Below the pieces are notes generated by a model. It did not search any database. It saw only the letters and a list, made by a program, of their open reading frames with translations, and was not told the DNA's origin. A stretch of DNA of 64,000 nucleotides, taken from NCBI GenBank assembly GCA_964057225.1, contig OZ059895.1, positions 14,756,001 through 14,820,000 of the forward strand. Direction: 5' to 3'. Made by a program: the position numbers and the translations under genes. Each line of letters opens with the position of its first letter. Within the stretch, counting starts at the first letter, position 1. Below, in pieces: positions 55,586-64,000 of the stretch. The stretch comes from Auanema rhodensis (taxonomy: Eukaryota; Animalia; Nematoda).

Positions 55586-58405
55586 GCTTAACAAACTTTT
55601 TCAAAATAATTTAAAAGAATTTAGCATTCCTAAGCCTTTAATTCGCATTGATTTCATTAATGATTCTTTATATATATATATCACTTTTTTCTCATCTCTT
55701 TGGCCGGTTTAACTAACTCAGGAAACCTTTTTCATCTTTCTCAGGGAAATGTTGTTATATTTGAAAGATTTTAATATATGTTTCTATTTTATGCGAAACG
55801 GAATTTATCCAAGACAAAAATGAATATTTCATTGTATAACTGAACAAAATGAATTACATAAATGATAAGATTCTCGAAATGTCAAGGGAATACCATTTCT
55901 GTTTGAGTTTTTGTTCAATTTAATGACGAACTAAAACAATTTTTACGACATATAAATGGAATTTATAAGTAATTCCCGTGTTGATCATCAAATTTTTTGA
56001 TGAAAAAAAAGAAGCATGATGCGATTAAATATGTGCAGAAACAGTAAAATGTTCAAAGATATGGCAAGAGAATATTGTCATAAAAAGTATCAAAAGAGAA
56101 AGATTGGCTGACTTAAAACTGTATGATAAATGTGGCATTCACGGATTCATCTACTGTTCAAACATTTGATCAGTAGAAATTTCAAAGAAATGTGTTTCAC
56201 TGCTTTGATCTATTCTTATCTTGGAAATAAGCCCTGAAGATCAATTGATTAAATGAATTTTAGTGTTTTGCAAGCGATAAAACAACAGCTGATAAGTTTT
56301 TGTCGCTAAGTATTCCTATTAAGCAACCGTCGACAGATGATTCGTGTTATCAAATTGCAACAAATTGATAAGATGACCGCTATACAATGATTGATAAGTT
56401 ATTGTTTTTCTTGGACAAGTACAAATTCCAGCTTTCAATAGTTCCATTGCATTGAAAAACGGCTTCTATGAATTGAAAAATTAATGTGCTTCAAGGTAGA
56501 AACTTAGGATAAAAGTCCATGAAAGACAAAGTAAAAGAATATAATACAGCTTGAAACAACTTGAAAGTTCAGCGATTTAGTAATTGCAAACGTACTTTTT
56601 AGATTTTGACAGCAAAAATATTATAAATGCAACCGGTAAGTAAGAACATTAATAGAAAAGTAAAAGTTAACAATGCAATTTACGTGACGTGAAAACTACA
56701 CGTATTGAAGAAATGGGCCGCTTATTCAAATATTCATTTTTGGCGGTAATATAATGAGCGATTTCTATAGGTTACGAGGTTCTTGAATACTATATTGCTT
56801 ATCATTATTAAAAGCTTTTATGTTTTTATACTTTTGCTCTTCTTCTTTTATTAGAAACTTAATTATTATCCAAGCAGGTGATGGGAAAGGCCTGATAAGA
56901 TCATTTCAAGTTTATGCTTTATACAATTTTTCGTTTATGTAAACAAAAACGTGTATTGTTTAAATATTTTATATAAAGAATTTAATTCTTCACATGCAAC
57001 TCATATATCTATATGCTATAGGGTATGCAAATACAGGTACTGCCAACTAAAGTGTGCGGAAAGCTGTTCTGAGGGAGTAGGAAGAAACAGATTTTCTGAA
57101 TAGCTAAAAGGATCTGTTTTCAGTTATAGCAATTATGCAAGTTCAAGTTTCAGTATTTCATGCTTCACATAGCTTCCGACAGGCCACGTTTTTGGTTTTT
57201 TCTTATTTTCCGTAAAGAAAAACAAAATAGCGCTGAAAGTGGAAGGTTTGTATAAATATCTAAATAGTTTTTTTTGTAGGTTTTGATGCTTAGAATAGAA
57301 AAATTGAATTGAAAAATTGGGATTTGTCAGTTTTTATAGGATATCTAAACAATAGAAGCTCTTAATTTTATGGTTTTGTCATAGAATTGAAGCTGTAGCT
57401 ATCTCTTTCAATGTATTTTTTGAGAAGTTTTCTCACTTCTCTGGTAGTTGAGTAGTAACAACTGAGACGAAGAGGATCAGCTTGCATTAAGTTTGCTCTA
57501 AAATGTGTGTGGACTCATTGTATTTAATGAGAAAATGAAATTCCCACAAATGGATATATATATATATACTAGCTAAGTCAAGTCTTCTATCTTGCTTCTC
57601 ATAGACCTTCTAGGCTCTCTCTCTCTCTCTCTCCGTATCCATTTGCTCTTACTACTAACTGGTATAGTGGATGTTGGAAAATTTATCGTTGGTAAGCTGT
57701 CTTTCCCCAATCAGATTTCGTTGTCATTTTCTTCTTCTTCTTCTTCATCCCCTTCTCCGTCTCTCTCTATCTTTCTCTCTCTTTTGTCAAATTTAACATT
57801 CCATCTAATATATATATATATAATCCCTTTCTATTGCTTCTTTCTTCTTTCTTTTGCCTTTTCTGGTAAAGATGCACGCGAAGATCAGAAAAAGAATAGT
57901 AGCTATATCCATATAGTTAGATAGATAGATAGATAGATTTGATAGATGTATATAATATCCACATTCTCTTATCCCAATGCTATATAGAAATGAAAAATAA
58001 GGAAAAATATATTTTATTGAAATCTCGTCAGAAATAGAAGCCTTATATGCAATACAAGGTATGTTAAAAACATTCATTTATATATATTTGAAAAGAAAAA
58101 AAGATTCATAATATTGTTTATATTGTTTATATAAATTATATTATTTAAAATAAAAATAAAAAAGAAATATTATTATAATGTATTTTGAGACACATGGATG
58201 GGCCAAGGGAGATTGCTAGCGGATAGTATGCGTAGAGTAAGTTAATTAGGCTTAATAAATCTCCTAGTTATAAGCATGCTCTGGGTTTTGTGTTGTTTCT
58301 GTTTTTTTTTTAATAAATTACAATGAATTTGGAAAAATTGGGATGGGTCGTCATGGAATTCAGCGATAGAAGGGAAATCGTTTAGCATGATAAGTTCATA
58401 CGGAC

Positions 58406-61400
58406 TTAAACGGAAATCTGTTGTTGAGCTTGAGCTGGTTGAATGGTCTTGACCTCTCCAGTGATTGGGTTTCTAGCTGAAATAGAAAGAATTGATAATT
58501 TAAAAAGAATATTAACATGTATATTTTTGATATTTTGGGTCCTTATTTGCAACTTTGTTGTCTTCGTTTCGAAACTCAATTGACAGAAAATTAGGAGATA
58601 ATAATTATGAATGTATAGAAATTGGAAATGATGAAACAAGACGAAACAAGACGACGAAACGGAAAGCATGAAAGACAAAAATTGTAATTGAATTAGCTAG
58701 TCTCTAGTTAAGCTTAATGCTAGAATATTCTGAAGGACAAGAAGACATTGGCTATTAGATCGTGGATGGCGAGGAAATAACTTTTTTTTTCTTTTTTTAG
58801 ACCACAAACTCAATTGAGGGTTTCAAGCTTTTTATAGTAATGAAACCTTGAGAAACTAACAGGATGACATCTCAGATGGACGGATAGACAGCTGGAATCA
58901 TCATGAACTGAGCACAATTCACTTTCACATAACTCAATACGAAAAGTACGGAAAGTCCCTTTTAGTCTTTACTTCTCCCACTTAGTTAAGAGGAAGAATT
59001 CGGTCAGAAAATGGTTTGCTTTACTTCATCCGCGTGGTTTTTATTGAACAGAATGAGCTAGAGGACACACAAATTCAACAAGATGCCTATTGGATGAGAT
59101 AATGCTGAAGGAAAGCCTTCCCTCAGGGCCATTTGTCATGGTTCTGCTGACTACCCAAGCTGAACCACAGCTCCCTATGCAGTGCTGTTCTTGCAATCTT
59201 TTTTCTGTTTGCTTGTTCTATCTCCATAAAAAAAGCAAAGAAGAGCAAGCCATGTGTCATGATATTTAGGGAAAAACAAATGTTTTAACTGCTTGTTTCG
59301 TCGTAAAAATGAAAAAAAAAATAAACTGATGGTCTCATGATGAAGTAGCTCAAAAAGAGTTTTGACGGAAGTTTTGTTTTAAGCCTGCTGCTGCAGCTTC
59401 AATCATGCAGCAAGCACATGTCGAAAACTACAGCAAACATCTTTTGTATTATTCAGATGTGTATCAGTTATCTATTCTAATTTCACTTATTTAAAACAAA
59501 ATAAGAAGAACAATTTAAATTGAACTCCATGTTTCCTTGATTCTCAAGCTTGATCCTATGTTTTCTGTCTATTTTTTAAAAAAAAAGTAAAAAAAAGAAG
59601 AGAAATTGAGATAAATAAACAGAAAACAGAATCAGGTTATGTGTAGTAGTAGTATATCCATATCCATATGTATATGTATGTATATACATTTCTATACGAA
59701 AAGCCTCCAAGAAATTTCATAAAAAATTCATTTGAATTAAGTTTTTTTAGGTTCGTTGGCTTCAAGATGACGTTCAATTTGCAAAGGAAAAAAATAGTTA
59801 GCAAACTGGCTGGGGGCACGACGGAAAGCAGGCTTGAGTGTGCATTGCAACACTTCTATATAAAGCATATATGTATATGGGACAAGTGTTTTTTGCAGTG
59901 TCAGACCCATATTCCTCTGAGATAAATGCTCTCAAAATATGGACCTCTGACGGCAATGAATAATAAAGTATTTGGAAGTTGAAGAGAACAAAAAATGTGA
60001 AAGACATTGGACTTCCCATGTCTACACTATTCACAGGTCAACCTCTTTTCGTCTTAAAAGGAGTAAAGAATAGAAGAAACATACACACACACACACACAC
60101 AGGAAGACTGGACTAAATTATAGAAAGGAAATCTAAAAAGGTTCAGCGACAACTGTTTTAAGCATGAATAATCACTTAGCTTCAAGCATAACTCATGAAG
60201 CTCTTAATCTATTCAATACTAGCCATGTAGCAAGCGATGAAAAACTGTCAGACTATTGAAACCTTTTTCCCATATTTTGACTGTTAATGATAGTTATATA
60301 GCTTATGCATATTATTTATATTTGATTCTTTGAACAACATATAAAAGGTTAAACGTACCAAGAGTTGGGATTGTTCTCTTTGGAGTGCGTTGAGGGGAAG
60401 CAGGGGTTTCCTCAGAGAAAATAGATGACTTGTATGTTGGAGTTGTCTGAAATATAGTTAATGATTCAACAAAATCATTACTCATTTGATGTTTCTGACA
60501 AAAGATAAGAAAAGAACAAACGTTGACATGCAAAGCACAATCAACCGTTCATTACTGAGCATATGATATACAAATGAGTTTGTTTTAAGATTTTCACGTG
60601 AAAAATGACGTGAAAAATGACGTGAAAATCTTAAACGTACTCCACAAATATTCAATTAAAATACATCTTTATAAACAAAATAAAAATAAAAATGAATTAG
60701 AAAAGCAAAACTAACTCTTTTGGGAGTTGGCTTAGAGTCATCAGATCCGAAAAGACGTTGTTGAGTATTGAGATTACGCTGAAAAATATTTGTAAATTAA
60801 TAATAAACAAAAACAAAAAAATAATATAATTAGAACTGTGATATATGGGAATATTTTTGATATTTATAGTTATAGTTTGATAAATGTATGTATTTTGGCC
60901 GGTTGCCAATAGCGAGCAACTAGCTTCTGTAAAACTTATGAAAGATCTTTGGCTATATACACTCATCTCATTCCAAAGAAGCACTAGACGGATAATTAAA
61001 GCGAAATTTTATTTTTTCTGTTTGAATTAAGATGAATATTTGGGTTTTGTTTACTATTTAGGCAATCGCTTAGATAGTTCACACTCAAATTTGACGATGA
61101 AAATGATCTTTTTCATCTGTTTCTTTCTATCTCATTTCCTTTATTCGCTTCTTGCGGTCTATCAGTTTCTGTTTTTTTTCTGTTCTTTCCGATTACTAAT
61201 AGAGAAGAGGGTTAGTTCAACAGCGGAATTTCAATTCAGTGGACACCAACATACGAACAACTTTCATGAAGTGGATGGATTTGGTTGTCTAGTTTCAATC
61301 CAATAAAAGTAAGAACAAGCAACCCCGATCAAGCTCTTAGAGCCTAAAATGTTCAATTTGCTACTGCCTATGGCTTTGTTTCTATTTCAATGTTGTGCAA

Positions 61401-61673
61401 TCGATTGTAGTTGTGTCAGAGAATTTTTATCCAATTTGCTTAGAGGAATGCTGTATTCAAATAAGTAATTTATTTAACTTTTACTATAATAATTTGTCTA
61501 TTTAATGATTAATTTAAGTTTTAAGTTTTACAAGTTGTCAAAAAAATTGTGAACATGTCACAAAATGACTGAGAAAGATGTAGTTCAAGCTTCAAATATG
61601 TCAAGCAAAATAGAAAATATCCCAGGTGACGACTAAAATCCCAAAGCTATGGCCTAGTCGGTTCGGTGTGCTT

Positions 61674-61727
<54 letters not shown>

Positions 61728-62286
61728 TCTCTTAACATTCACAATTGCTTAGTCAGGAAAGAGATGTAGAGAAAGACTGAGCACAAGAGAGAAAAGGAAT
61801 ATAGAAAGGGACCAAAGAACCTAATACTGACGGCAGCTTTTGGCCATTTATGGAATAAGTCTTCAGGTCACTATTTGAAAGAGACGACAATCATAAGAAG
61901 TAAGAATGCAATGCTAAACATAGAACTTATGCTTCTAAAAGGTTGCAATAAAAAAACAGCCTTGCTATTACTTACTTCCTAGATTTGATTAATATTGGTT
62001 TTTAAACTAAAACTAAGCACTTGCCAATCTAATGTTTCTTGTTTAACTCAAGCATCAAAGTTTAAAAAAATTCACAAAACGTTATATGGTTCAATTACAC
62101 CTGACTTCTACTCAAATTTCTTGGTTTCGATCTTCTAATATTAAAGAAAAGTGTGAAATTTCCATATTTCTCACATCTTTCAATGTTCTAAATGGTTTTT
62201 TTGTTGGTCGTTCTGTTTCCAGGATAGCTTTTGAAGTCACATGAATATTATGTATTTCTCATTTTTTTCCATTCTCTCCTTGTCTC

Positions 62287-62328
<42 letters not shown>

Positions 62329-62663
62329 CTATCTTTTAACCTCTCATAAGTACAACTGCTGACTGAAAGAGATGGCTCAGGATATAACTAGAGGGAGAAG
62401 ACACCTAAGCTTCCGCTATTTGATATTCCGTCAACAGCTTGACTTTCATTTAATTTCAATAGTTTCATTCAAAGATGATCCAGAGGGTTGGAAGATCCGG
62501 AAACATATCTTTCGAAATGTTTGCCATGTGATATACTATTTATATATATAAATTTTTATAGTATTTTGATTTTTAGACTTGAAAAATCGACGGAAAGCCA
62601 TACCTGTGGGGTGCTTGGAGCATCAGCAGCTGGAGAAGAACCGTTGGCAGCACAGTCAGACAT
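58406..62663 (-). CDS. 72-aa Jupiter/HN1-like disordered microprotein, 3 exons (62663-62604, 60446-60359, 58476-58406)
   Basis: MSDCAANGSSPAADAPSTPQ|TTPTYKSSIFSEETPASPQRTPKRTIPTL|ARNPITGEVKTIQPAQAQQQISV*; strong TTTCAG acceptors, GTATG/GTACGT donors, consistent phases, AAAAACATG start context. Confidence 0.78.
61673..61732. repeat. (CT)n microsatellite
   Basis: Direct; lies in an intron of the microprotein gene. Confidence 0.95.
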
Positions 62664-63099
62664 GTTTTTGAAGATATTCAGAAGAGGACGAGGCACGTAC
62701 AAAGAATTGAACTGATGACTACTGAATTGTCGAGAAAGCCCTATGCTCTTGAAGGCGGAGCTTAGATGGCATGTAGGCGGAGTTAGGCTCGAAACAGAAA
62801 ATTTTTTGACAGACAGGCATGAGGTTTTCTGTTCTAAATTCGAGAAAAATCGAAAGTACCAAGTTAAGATCTCTGTTTGGTGTATGAATTATGAATGGAA
62901 CATAGGTTTCATGAAAGATTTAAGCTATGTAGATATGCTCCCGCTTGTAAATGCTCAAATTTAAAGTTGTAAGCTGTTCAGAGTTGCCAGATACAAATAC
63001 AAATTTGAAAATTATATTCATTAAATTTATGAAACTTTAATATACAAATATAAATAAATAATTATGTGAACATATATACAAAACAATAGTGACTTTTCC

Positions 63100-63196
63100 T
63101 TATTTCTTTCCCAAATATGGCTTAAGTTCACATTCAAATGTTGATGGATTTGGAGTATATGGATGACAGCAGCATCTACAGACGGATCCTTCAGGT
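63100..63196 (-). CDS. Terminal exon of a Cys-rich protein whose upstream exons probably lie beyond the window
   Basis: CCCTTTTAG acceptor, then x-PEGSVCRCCCHPYTPNPSTFECELKPYLGKK*, followed by an AT-rich 3' UTR. Confidence 0.6.
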
Positions 63197-64000
63197 CTAA
63201 AAGGGAAATGTTTAAGTTAATTAAAGCTTACAAGATCAAACCAATGAGCTTTGGCTTAAAGAAAGCTTATTAATGCTTAAAATTTTGGGAAATGAGAATG
63301 ATTGTTGTACTATTTGAAAAAAGAAATTTTCATATCATTACTAAGGACAGAAAAATTCATATAATTCTCAAAAGAGAATAAATATTTCCATTTTTGTTAA
63401 CGGAATTACCAAAAGTAGAAGGTCATTGATGCTTCATGCTTAATTAGCTGAGAGAACGAGGGTCTTATGAGGGCAGAAAGAAAGGCAAATGCCCTTAGGC
63501 TTGCGAAAACGAAATTTCATGTGTCTGGTATTGTGTATGATGACCCTTCAGAATTTTTTTTATGGTTTCCTAAGCTAATTTATTAATCAACTAGATGGTA
63601 TTTGTCTTTTGAGAATTACTTGTTACCCCCCTTCCTCCCCACTTTCCCTCTCTATTTCTCTCATATTCTCAAACGCTATTTAATTGGCTGATTATATGGA
63701 GTTGCTGGGACAGAGTAATTTAGTTTTTATAATAGATGAAACGGTTTTTCATTTGTTTTTTAATCTTTGCTTTAGGTTTCATGAACTATTTATTTCCTTT
63801 TCTCTTTATTATTTTTGGATAATTTGTATTCAGTATCAGCAGATGGCCCTTCATCTTTATTGAAAAATCCGGGGGGGGCAAGATAGTCATGAAAACGTCG
63901 TGAATGAAAATAAGAAGCTCGAAAAGACGTATGTGAAGAAGCAAAAACGATAAATGGGCATATTGAAAGAAGAGTACGATGTTTGACAAATCCTTAGCTT

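Noticed and set aside
59995-60036. Hairpin starting TGAAAGACAT (miR-71-like seed)
   Set aside because: Only ~40 nt, diverges from miR-71 after the seed and is too short for a pre-miRNA.

Overview
Eukaryotic, AT-rich genomic DNA from a rhabditid (clade V) nematode. This rests on TTTCAG-type acceptors, ~45-55 nt introns and genes recognisably orthologous to C. elegans genes; it is not C. elegans itself and the species cannot be fixed from sequence alone. 1-16.6 kb is non-coding, strongly purine-skewed and rich in (GA)n. It is followed by tRNA-Thr(CGT), an internally deleted mariner, PNPO (-), tRNA-Ile(AAT), a GRXCR-like gene (+), klp-20 (-, with an intronic tRNA-Met), ppk-2 (-), dars-1 (+), nlp-36 (+), bre-3 (-), ~8 kb of non-coding DNA, a probable solo LTR, PRPP synthetase (+), an unknown 192-aa type I membrane protein (+), a GLI/ZIC-like five-finger protein (+), a 72-aa Jupiter/HN1-like microprotein (-) and the last exon of a Cys-rich gene (-). 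Most ORF-track entries are microsatellite or intron read-through artefacts; gene models were built by hand from splice sites. The most notable unexplained signals are recurrent clusters of a TTCACGTGAA/TTACGTGAA motif, the possibly IZUMO/TMEM95-like membrane protein, and the solo LTR upstream of PRPS. Orthology calls rely on recalled sequences, not on database searches.
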